From NCBI RefSeq assembly GCF_006345805.1, contig NW_021823580.1, forward strand, positions 1 through 21,993: DNA of 21,993 nucleotides, written 5' to 3'. This stretch comes from Octopus sinensis (Eukaryota). The notes beneath the pieces were generated by a model, which did not search any database, was not told where the DNA came from, and saw nothing but the letters and a program-made list of their open reading frames with translations. Position numbers and translations under genes: made by a program. Positions 1 to 12,300 of the stretch are shown here, piece by piece. Position 1 is the stretch's first letter, and every line of letters starts with the position of its first letter.

Positions 1-118
1 TAAAAATGCAATGCATGAAGTCGCCATGTTTAGAGAATAGGGGAACGAAGGGAGAACAGATCAAGCTATCCACAAAAACGCTTAAAAATATGAAAAGAGC
101 AGGATGAAATTGACTTAG

Positions 119-202
119 CTGGCCATTTTTGGAAGTCTGTGTTTTCTCTGAAGGTGTAGCGAGTGAATAGGGATCAGATACGATCGCACGCTGGCTTTTA
201 TA
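119..202 (-). promoter_or_regulatory. Putative RNA Pol II core promoter and short first exon
   Basis: Minus strand reads CCCTTATAAAAGCC (TATAAAAG at 202-195), then an initiator-like CTATTCACTC (170-161). After a short leader come CAAAAATGG (ATG at 126-124) and AG|CTAAGT (exon end 119), one base from the donor consensus AG|GTAAGT. TATA-to-Inr spacing (28-38 nt depending on the A chosen) is only approximately canonical. Confidence 0.4.
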
Positions 203-230
203 AGGGAATTAGGGAAGGGGACGGAAACAC

Positions 231-256
231 GAGAGAGAGAGAGAGAGAGAGAGAGA
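231..256. repeat. (GA)13 microsatellite
   Basis: Perfect GA dinucleotide run read directly from the sequence. Confidence 0.98.
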
Positions 257-303
257 ATCGAAGCAACTAGTTTGAATACTATATTTGAGGGGGAAAAATA
301 ATT

Positions 304-3300
304 AATTAGTAACTTATATTTAGCTAAGAGATCACTAAATTTTTTGTTGTTTTTCAAGTACACATATGCAATATTTTGACATTTTATAACCTGAAAACTT
401 TTGCGAATTTAGTGATTTCTTTGATAAATATAAGCTTTTTATCAATCAGTTAACTTATTTAGCTAAGAGATCACTAAATTTTTTGTTGTTTTTCAAGTAC
501 ACATATGCAAAATTTTGACATTTTATAACCTGAAAACTTTTGCGAATTTAGTGATTTCTTTGATAAATATAAGCTTTTTATCAATCAATTAGCTAAGAGA
601 TCACTAAATTTTTTGTTGTTTTTCAAGTACACATATGCAATATTTTGACATTTTATAACCTGAAAACTTTTGCGAATTTAGTGATTTCTTTGATAAATAT
701 AAGCTTTTTATCAATCAGTTAACTTATATTTAGCTAAGAGATCACTAAATTTTTTGTGTTTTTCAAGTACACATATGCAAAATTTTGACATTTTATAACC
801 TGAAAACTTTTGCGAATTTAGTGATTTCTTTGATAAATATAAGCTTTTTATCAATCAGTTAACTTATATTTAGCTAAGAGATCACTAAATTTTTTGTTGT
901 TTTTCAAGTACACATATGCAAAATTTTGACATTTTATAACCTGAAAACTTTTGCGAATTTAGTGATTTCTTTGATAAATATAAGCTTTTTATCAATCAGT
1001 TAACTTATATTTAGCTAAGAGATCACTAAATTTTTTGTTGTTTTTCAAGTACACATATGCAAAATTTTGACATTTTATAACCTAAAAACTTTTGCGAATT
1101 TAGTGATTTCTTTGATAAATATAAGCTTTTTATCAATCAGTTAACTTATATTTAGCTAAGAGATCACTAAATTTTTTGTTGTTTTTCAAGTACACATATG
1201 CAAAATTTTGACATTTTATAACCTGAAAAGTTTTGCGAATTTAGCGATTTCTTTGATAAATATAAGCTTTTTATCAATCAGTTAACTTATATTTAGCTAA
1301 GAGATCACTAAATTTTTTGTTGTTTTTCAAGTACACATATGCAAAATTTTGACATTTTATAACCTGAAAACTTTTGCGAATTTAGTGATTTCTTTGATAA
1401 ATATAAGCTTTTTATCAATCAGTTAACTTATACTTAGCTAAGAGATCACTAAATATTTTGTTGTTTTTCAAGTACACATGCAAAATTTTGACATTTTATA
1501 ACCTGAAAACTTTTACGAATTTAGTGATTTCTTTGATAAATATAAGCTTTTTATCAATCAGTTAACTTATATTTAGCTAAGAGATCACTAAATTTTTTGT
1601 TGTTTTTCAAGTACACATATGCAAAATTTTGAAATTTTATAACCTGAAAACTTTTGCGAATTTAGTGAATTCTTTGATAAATATAAGCTTTTTATCAATC
1701 AGTTAACATATTAGCTAAGAGATCACTAATTTTTTGTTGTTTTTCAAGTACACATGCAAAATTTTGACATTTTATAACTTGAAAACTTTTGCGAATTTAG
1801 TGATTTCTTTGATAAATATAAGCTTTTTATCAATCAGTTAACTTATATTTAGCTAAGAGATCACTAAATTTTTTGTTGTTTTTCAAGTACACATATGCAA
1901 TATTTTGACATTTTATAACCTGAAAACTTTTGCGAATTTAGTGATTTCTTTGATAAATATAAGCTTTTTATCAATCAGTTAACTTATATTTAGCTAAGAG
2001 ATCACTAAATTTTTTGTTGTTTTTCAAGTACACATATGCAATATTTTGACATTTTATAACCTGAAAACTTTTGCGAATTTAGTGATTTCTTTGATAAATA
2101 TAAGCTTTTTATCAATCAGTTAACTTATATTTAGCTAAGAGATCACTAAATTTTTTGTTGTTTTTCAAGTACACATATGCAATATTTTGACATTTTATAA
2201 CCTGAAAACTTTTGCGAATTTAGTGATTTCTTTGATAAATATAAGCTTTTTATCAATTAGTTAACTTATATTTAGCTAAGAGATCACTAAATTTTTTGTT
2301 GTTTTTCAAGTACACATATGCAATATTTTGACATTTTATAACCTGAAAACTTTTGCGAATTTAGTGATTTCTTTGATAAATATAAGCTTTTTATCAATCA
2401 GTTAACTTATATTTAGCTAAGAGATCACTAAAGTTATTGTTGTTTTCCAAGTACACATATGCAAAATTTTGACATTTTATAACCTGAAAACTTTTGCGAA
2501 TTTAGTGATTTCTTTGATAAATATAAGCTTTTTATCAATCAGTTAACTTATATTTAGCTAAGAGATCACTAAATTTTTTGTTGTTTTTCAAGTACACATA
2601 TGCAATATTTTGACATTTTATAACCTGAAAACTTTTGCGATTTTAGTGATCTCTTGGATAAATATAAGCTTTTTATCAATCAGTTAACTTATATTTAGCT
2701 AAGAGATCACTAAATTTTTTGTTGTTTTTCAAGTACACATATGCAATATTTTGACATTTTATAACCTGAAAACTTTTGCGAATTTAGTGATTTCTTTGAT
2801 AAATATAAGCTTTTTATCAATCAGTTAACTTATATTTAGCTAAGAGATCACTAAATTTTTTGTTGTTTTTCAAGTACACATATGCAAAATTTTGACATTT
2901 TATAACCTGAAAACTTTTGCGAATTTAGTGATTTCTTTGATAAATATAAGCTTTTTATCAATCAGTTAACTTATATTTAGCTAAGAGATCACTAAATTTT
3001 TTGTTGTTTTTCAAGTACACATGCAAAATTTTGACATTTTATAACCTGAAAACTTTTGCGAATTTAGTGATTTCTTTGATAAATATAAGCTTTTTATCAA
3101 TCAGTTAACTTATATTTAGCTAAGAGATCACTAAATTTTTTGTTGTTTTTCAAGTACACATATGCAATATTTTGACATTTTATAACCTGAAAACTTTTGC
3201 GAATTTAGTGATTTCTTTGATAAGAATATGAATTTTATCAATCAGTTAACTTATATTTAGCTAAGAGTTCACTAAATTTTTTGTTGTTTTTCAAGAACAC

Positions 3301-6300
3301 ATATGCAATATTTTGACATTTTCTAACCTGAAAACTTTTGCGAATTTAGTGATTTCTTTGATAAATATAAGCTTTTTATCAATCAGTTAACTTATATTTA
3401 GCTAAGAGTTCACTAAATTTTTTGTTGTTTTTCAAGTACACATATGCAAAATTTTGACATTTTACAACCTGAAAACTTTTGCGAATTTAGTGATTTCTTT
3501 GATAAATATAAGCTTTTTATCAATCAGTTAACTTATTTAGCTAAGAGATCACTAAAGTTTTTGTTTTTTCAAGTACACATATGCAATATTTTGACATTTT
3601 ATAACCTGAAAACTTTTGCGAATTTAGTGATTCTTTGATAAATTAAGCTTTTATCAATCAGTTAACTTATATTTAGCTAAGATCACTAAATTTTTTTGTT
3701 TTTCAAGTACACATATGCAATATTTTGACATTTTCTAACCTGAAAACTTTTGCGAATTTAGTGATCTCTTGGATAAATAAAAGCTTTTTATCAATCATTT
3801 AACTTATATTTAGCTAAGAGATCACTAAATTTTTTGTTGTTTTTCAAGTACACATATGCAATATTTTGACATTTTCTAACCTGAAAACTTTTGCGATTTT
3901 AGTGATCTCTTGGATAGATATAAGCTTTTTATCAATCAGTTAACTTATATTTAGCTAAGAGATCACTAAATTTTTTGTTGTTTTTCAAGTACACATATGC
4001 AATATTTTGACATTTTATAACCTGAAAACTTTTGCGAATTTAGTGATTTCTTTGATAAATATAAGCTTTTTATCAATCATTTAACTTATATTTAGCTAAG
4101 AGATCACTAAATTTTTTGTTGTTTTTCAAGTACACATATGCAATATTTTGACATTTTTATAACTGAAAACTTTTGCGAATTTAGTGATTTCTTTGATAAA
4201 TATAAGCTTTTTATCAATCAGTTAACTTATATTTAGCTAAGAGATCACTAAAGTTTTTGTTGTTTTTCAAGTACACATGCAAAATTTTGACATTTTATAA
4301 CCTGAAAACTTTTGCGAATTTAGTGATTTCTTTGATAAATATAAGCTTTTTATCAATCATTTAACTTATATTTAGCTAAAAGAACACTAAATTTTTTGTT
4401 GTTTTTCAAGTACACATATGCAATATTTTGACATTTTATAACCTGAAAACTTTTGCGAATTTAGTGATTTCTTTGATAAATATAAGCTTTTTATCAATCA
4501 GTTAACTTATATTTAGCTAAGAGATCACTAAATTTTTTGTTGTTTTTCATGTACACATATGCAATATTTTGACATTTTATAACCTGAAAACTTTTGCGAA
4601 TTTAGTGATTTCTTTGATAAATATAAGCTTTTTATCAATCAGTTAACTTATATTTAACTAAGAGATCACTAATTTTTTGTTGTTTTTCAAGTACACATAT
4701 GCAATATTTTGACATTTTATAACCTGAAAACTTTTGCGAATTTAGTGATTTCTTTGATAAATAAGCTTTTTATCAATCAGTTACTTATATTTAGCTAAGA
4801 GATCACTAAATTTTTTGTTGTTTTTCAAGTACACATATGCAATATTTTGACATTTTATAACCTGAAAACTTTTGCGAATTTAGTGATTTCTTTGATAAAT
4901 ATAAGCTTTTTATCAATCAGTTAACTTATATTTAACTAAGAGATCACTAAATTTTTTGTTGTTTTTCAAGTACACATATGCAATATTTTGACATTTTATA
5001 ACCTGAAAACTTTTGCGAATTTAGTGATTTCTTTGATAAATATAAGCTTTTTATCAATCAGTTAACTTATATTTAGCTAAGAGATCACTAAATTTTTTGT
5101 TGTTTTTCAAGTACACATATGCAATATTTTGACATTTTATAACCTGAAAACTTTTGCGAATTTAGTGATTTCTTTGATAAATATAAGCTTTTTATCAATC
5201 AGTTAACTTATATTTAACTAAGAGATCACTAAATTTTTTGTTGTTTTTCAAGTACACATATGCAATATTTTGACATTTTATAACCTGAAAACTTTTGCGA
5301 ATTTAGTGATTTCTTTGATAAATATAAGCTTTTTATCAATCAGTTAACTTATATTTAGCTAAGAGATCACTAAATTTTTTGTTGTTTTTCAAGTACACAT
5401 ATGCAATATTTTGACATTTAATAACCTGAAAACTTTTGCGAATTTAGTGATTTCTTTGAAATATATAAGCTTTTTATCAATCAGTTAACTTATATTTAGC
5501 TAAGAGATCACTAAATTTTTTGTTGATTTTCAAGTACACCTATGCAATATTTTGACATTTTATAACCTGAAAACTTTTGCGAATTTAGTGATTTCTTTGA
5601 TAAATATAAGCTTTTTATCAATCAGTTAACTTATATTAAGCTAAGAGATCACTAAATTTTTTGTTGTTTTTCAAGTACACATATGCAATATTTTGATATC
5701 TTCTAACCTGAAAACTTTTGCGATTTTAGTGATCCCTTGTATAAATATAAGCTTTTTATCAATCAGTTAACTTATATTTAACTAAGAGATCACTAAATTT
5801 TTTGTTGTTTTTCAAGTACACATATGCAATATTTTGACATTTTATAACCTGAAAACTTTTGCGAATTTAGTGATTTCTTTGATAAATATAAGCTTTTTAT
5901 CAATCAGTTAACTTATATTTAGCTAAGAGATCACTAAATTTTTTGTTGTTTTTCAAGTACACATAGGCAATATTTTGACATTTTATAACCTGAAAACTTT
6001 TGCGATTTTACTGATCTCTTGGATAATATACGCTTTTTTGTACAAGTTACTTATATTTAGCTAAGAGATCACTAATTTTTTTTGTTGTTTTTCCAGTACA
6101 CATATGCAATATTTTGACATTTTATAACCTGAAAACTTTTGCGAATTTAGTGATTTCTTTGATAAATATAAGCTTTTTATCAATCAGTTAACTTATATTT
6201 AGCTAAGAGATCACTAAATTTTCTGTTGTTTTTCAAGTACACATATGCCAAATTTTGACATTTTATAACCTGAAAACTTTTGCGAATTTAGTGATTTCTT

Positions 6301-9300
6301 TGATAAATATAAGCTTTTTATCAATCAGTTAACTTATATTTAGCTAAGAGATCACTAAATTTTTTGTTGTTTTTCAAGTACACATATGCAAAATTTTGAC
6401 ATTTTATAACCTGAAAACTTATGCGATTTTAGTGATTTCTTTGATAAATATAAGCTATTTATCAATCAGTTAACTTATATTTAGCTAAGAGATCACTAAA
6501 TTTTTTGTTGTTTTTCAAGTACACATATGCAAAATTTTGACATTTTATAATCTGAAAACTTTTGCGAATTTAGTGATTTCTTTGATAAATATAAGCTTTT
6601 TATCAATCAGTTAACTTATATTTAGCTAAGAGATCACTAAATTTTTTGTTGTTTTTCAAGTACACATATGCAAAATTTTGACATTTCATAACCTGAAAAC
6701 TTCTGCGAATTTAGTGATTTCTTTGATAAATATAAGCTTTTTATCAATCAGTTAACTTATATTTAGCTAAGAGATCACTAAATTTTTTGTTGTTTTTCAA
6801 GTACACATATGCAAAATTTTGACATTTTATAACCTGAAAACTTATGCGATTTTAGTGATTTCTTTGATAAATATAAGCTTTTTATCAATCAGTTAACTTA
6901 TATTTAGCTAAGAGATCACTAAATTTTTTGTTGTTTTTCAAGTACACATATGCAAAGTTTGGACATTTTATAACCTAAAAACTTTTGCGAATTTAGTGAT
7001 TTCTTTGATAAATATAAGCTTTTTATCAATCAGTTAACTTATATTTAGCTAAGAGATCACTAAATTTTTTGTTGTTTTTCAAGTACACATATGCAATATT
7101 TTGACATTTTATAACCTGAAAACTTTTGCGAATTTAGTGATTTCTTTGATAAATATAAGCTTTTTATCAATCAGTTAACTTATATTTAGCTAAGAGATCA
7201 CTAAATTTTTTGTTGTTTTTCAAGTACACATATGCAAAATTTTGACATTTTATAACCTGAAAACTTTTGCGAATTTAGTGATTTCTTTGATAAATATAAG
7301 CTTTTTATCAATCAGTTAACTTATATTTAGCTAAGAGATCACTAAATTTTTTGTTGTTTTTCAAGTACACATATGCAAAATTTTGACATTTTATAACCTG
7401 AAAACTTATGCGATTTTAGTGATTTCTTTCATAAATATAAGCTTTTTATCAATCAGTTAACTTATATTTAGCTAAGAGATCACTAAATTTTTTGTTGTTT
7501 TTCAAGTACACATATGCCAATTTTTGATATATTATAACCTGAAAACTTTTGCGAATTTAGTGATTCTTTGATAAATATAAGCTTTTTATCAATCCTTAAC
7601 TTATATTTAGCTAAGAGATCACTAAATTTTTTGTTGTTTTTCAAGTACACATATGCAAAATTTTGACATTTTATAACCTGAAAAGTTTTGCGAATTTAGC
7701 GATTTCTTTGATAAATATAAGCTTTTTATCAATCAGTTACCTTATATTTAGCTAAGAGATCACTAATTTTTTGTTGTTTTTCAAGTACACATATGCAAAA
7801 TTTTTACATTTTATAACCTGAAAACTTTTGCGAATTTAGTGATTTCTTTGATAAATATAAGCTTTTTATCAATCAGTTAACTTATATTTAGCTAAGAGAT
7901 CACTAAATTTTTTGTTGTTTTTCAAGTACACATATGCAACATTTTGACATTTTATAACCTGAAAACTTTTGCGAATTTAGTGATTTCTTTGATAAATATA
8001 AGCTTTTTATCAATCAGTTAACTTATATTTAGCTAAGATATCACTAAATTTTTTGTTGATTTTCAAGTACACATATGCAAAATTTTGACATTTTATAACC
8101 TGAAAACTTTTGCGAATTTAGTGATTTCTTTCATAAATATAGCTTTTTATCAATCAGTTAACTTATATTAGCTAAGAGATAACTAAATTTTTTGTTGTTT
8201 TTCAAGTACACATATGCAAAATTTTGACATTTTATAACCTAAAAACTTTTGCGAATTTAGTGATTTCTTTGATAAATATAAGCTTTTTATCAATCAGTTA
8301 ACTTATATTTAGCTAAGAGATCACTAAATTTTTTGTTGTTTTTCAAGTACACATGCAAAATTTTGACATTTTATAACCTGAAAACTTTTGCGAATTTAGT
8401 GATTTCTTTGATAAATATAAGCTTTTTATCAATCAGTTAACTTATATTTAGCTAAGAGATCACTAAATTTTTTGTTGTTTTTCAAGTACACATATGCAAA
8501 ATTTTGACATTTTATAACCTGAAAACTTTTGCGAATTTAGTGATTTCTTTGATAAATATAAGCTTTTTATCAATCAGTTAACTTATATTTAGCTAAGAGA
8601 TCACTAAATTTTTTGTTGTTTTTCAAGTACACATGCAAAATTTTGACATTTTATAACCTGAAAACTTTTGCGAATTTAGTGATTTCTTTGATAAATATAA
8701 GCTTTTTATCAATCAGTTAACTTATATTTAGCTAAGAGATCAATAAATTTTTTGTTGTTTTTGAAGTACACATATGCAATATTTTGACATTTTATTACCT
8801 GAAAACTTTTGCGAATTTAGTGATTTCTTTGATATAATAAGCTTTTTATCAATCAGTTGACTTATATTTAGCTAAGAGATCACTAAATTTTTTGTTGTTT
8901 TTCAAGTACACATATGCAATATTTTGACATTTTAACCTGAAAACTTTTGCGAATTTAGTGATTTCTTTGATAAATTAAGCTTTTTATCACATCAGTTAAC
9001 TTATATTTAGCTAAGATAACACTAAATGTTTTGTGTTTTTTCAAGTACACATATGCAATATTTTGACATTTTATAACCTGAAAACTTTTGCGAATTAGTG
9101 ATTTCTTTGATAAATATAAGCTTTTTATCAATTAGTTAACTTATTTAGCTAAGAGATCACTAAATTTTTTGTTGTTTTTCAAGTACACATATGCAATATT
9201 TTGACAATTTTAACCTGAAAACTTTTGCGAATTTAGTGATTTCTTTGATAAATATAAGCTTTTTATCAATCAGTTAACTAAGAGATCACTAAATTTTTTG

Positions 9301-12300
9301 TTGTTTTTCAAGTACACATATGCAAAATTTTGACATTTTATAACCTGAAAACTTTTGCGAATTTAGTGATTTCTTTGATAAATATAAGCTTTTTATCAAT
9401 CAGTTAACTTATATTTAGCTAAGAGATCACTAAATTTTTTGTTGTTTTTCAAGTACACATGAAAAATTTTGACATTTTATAACCTGAAAACTTTTGCGAA
9501 TTTAGTGATTTCTTTGATAAATATAAGCTTTTTATCAATCAGTTAACTTATATTTAGCTAAGAGATCACTAAAGTTTTTGTTGTTTTTCAAGTACACATA
9601 TGCAATATTTTGACATTTTATAACCTGAAAACTTTTGCGAATTTAGTGATTTCTTTGATAAATATAAGCTTTTTATCAATCAGTTCACTTATATTTAGCT
9701 AAGAGATCACTAAATTTTTTGTTGTTTTTCAAGTACACATATGCAATATTTTGACATTTTCTAACCTAAAAACCTTTGCGATTTTAGTGATCTCTTGGAT
9801 AAATATAAGCTTTTTATCAATCAGTTAACTTATATTTGGCTAAGAGATCACTAAATTTTTTGTTGTTTTTCAAGTACACATATGCAATATTTTGACATTT
9901 TATAACCTGAAAACTTTTGCGATTTTAGTGATCTCTTGGATAAATATAAGCTTTTTATCAATCAGTTAACTTATATTTAGCTAAGAGATCACTAAATTTT
10001 TTGTTGTTTTTCAAGTACACATATGCAATATTTTGACATTTTAACTAACCTAAAAACCTTTGCGATTTTAGTGATCTCTTGTAAATATAAGCTTTTTATC
10101 AATCAGTTAAGTTATATTTGGCTAAGAGATCACTAAATTTTTTGTTGTTTTTCAAGTACACATATGCAATATTTTGACATTTTATAACCTGAAAACTTTT
10201 GCGAATTTAGTGATTCTTTGATAAATATACTTTTTATCATTCAGTAACTTATATTTAGCTAAGAGAACACTAAATTTTTTGTTGTTTTTCAAGTACACAT
10301 GCAATATTTTGACATTTTATAACCTGAAAACTTTTGCGAATTTAGTGATTTCTTTGATAAATATAAGCTTTTATCAATTAGTTAACTTATATTTAGCTAA
10401 GAGATCACTAAATTTTTTTTGTTTTTCAGTACACATATGCATATTTTGACAATTTATAACCTGAAAACTTTTGCGAATTTAGTGATTTCTTTGATAAATA
10501 TAAGCTTTTTATCAATCAGTTAACTTATATTTAGCTAAGAGATCACTAAAGTTTTTGTTGTTTTCCAAGTACACATATGCAAAATTTTGACATTTTATAA
10601 CCTGAAAACTTTTGCGAATTTAGTGATTTCTTTGATAAATATAAGCTTTTTATCAATCAGTTAACTTATATTTAGCTAAGAGATCACTAAATTTTTTGTT
10701 GTTTTTCAAGTACACATGAATTTTGACATTTTATAACCTGAAAACTTTTGAGAATTTAGTGATTTCTTTGATAAATATAAGCTTTTTATCATCAGTTAAC
10801 TATATTTAGCTAAGAGATCACTAAATTTTTTGTTGTTTTTCAAGTACACATATGCAATATTTTGACATTTTATAACCTGAAAACTTTTGCGAATTAGTGA
10901 TTTCTTTGATAAATATAGCTTTTATCAATCAGTTAACTTATATTTAGCTAAGAGATCACTAAATTTTTTGTTGTTTTTCAAGTACACATATGCAATTTTG
11001 ACATTTTATAACCTGAAAACTTTTGCGATTTTAGTGATTTCTTTGATAATATAAGCTTTTTATCAATCAGTTACTTATATTTAGCTAAGAATCACTAAAT
11101 TTTTTGTTGTTTTTCAAGTACACATATGCAATATTTTGACATTTTATAACCTGAAAACTTTTGCGAATTTAGTGATTTCTTTGATAAATATAAGCTTTTT
11201 ATCAATCAGTTACTTATATTAGCTAAGAGATCACTAATTTTTTGTTGTTTTTCAAGTACACATATGCAAAATTTTGACATTTTATAACCTGAAAACTTTT
11301 GCGAATTTAGTGATTTCTTTGATAAATATAAGCTTTTATCAATCAGTTAACTTATATAGCTAAGAGATCACTAAATTTTTGTTGTTTTTCAAGTACACAT
11401 GAAAAATTTTGACATTTATAACCTGAAAACTTTTGCGAATTTAGTGATTCTTTGATAAATATAAGCTTTTATCAATCAGTTAACTTATATTTAGCTAAGA
11501 GATCACTAAAGTTTTGTTTTTTTCAAGTACACATATGCAATATTTTGACATTTTTAACCTGAAAACTTTTGCGAATTAGTGATTTCTTTGATAAATATAA
11601 GCTTTTTATCAATCAGTTAACTTATATTTAGCTAAGAGATCACTAAATTTTTTGTTGTTTTTCAAGTACAACATATGCAATATTTTGACATTTTCTAACC
11701 TAAAAACCTTTGGATTTTAGTGATCTCTGGATAATATAAGCTTTTTATCAATCAGTTAACTATATTTGGCTAAGAGATCACTAAATTTTTTGTGTTTTTC
11801 AAGTACACATATGCAATATTTTGACATTTTATAACCTGAAAACTTTTGCGATTTTAGTGATCTCTTGATAAATATAAGCTTTTTATCAATCAGTTAACTA
11901 TATTTAGCTAAGAGATCACTAAATTTTTTGTTGTTTTTCAAGTACACATATGCAATTTTGACATTTTATAACCTGAAAACTTTTGCGAATTTAGTGATTC
12001 TTTGATAAATATAAGTTTTTATCAATCAGTTAACTTATATTTAGCTAAGAGATCACTAAATTTTTGTTGTTTTTCAAGTACACATATGCAAAATTTGACA
12101 TTTTATAACCTGAAAACTTTTGCGAATTTAGTGATTTCTTTGATAAATATAAGCTTTTTATCAATCAGTTAACTTATATTTAGCTAAGAGATCACTAAAT
12201 TTTGTTTGTTTTTTCAAGTACACATGCAAAATTTTGACATTTTATAACCTGAAAACTTTTGCGAATTTAGTGATTTCTTTGATAAATAAAGCTTTATCAA

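Noticed and set aside
115-363. 82-aa minus-strand ORF
   Set aside because: It starts inside the satellite and crosses the GA tract (SLSLSLS). It is a chance frame, and only its final ATG-GCC-AGC is of interest, as part of the putative first exon.
309-440. piggyBac-type TTAA or other target-site duplication around the 122-bp unit
   Set aside because: TTAA precedes the left arm in internal monomers but the right arm is followed by CTTT, so no TSD is evident.
313-453. CENP-B box in the satellite
   Set aside because: The consensus monomer has one CpG and no TTCG….A..CGGG pattern.
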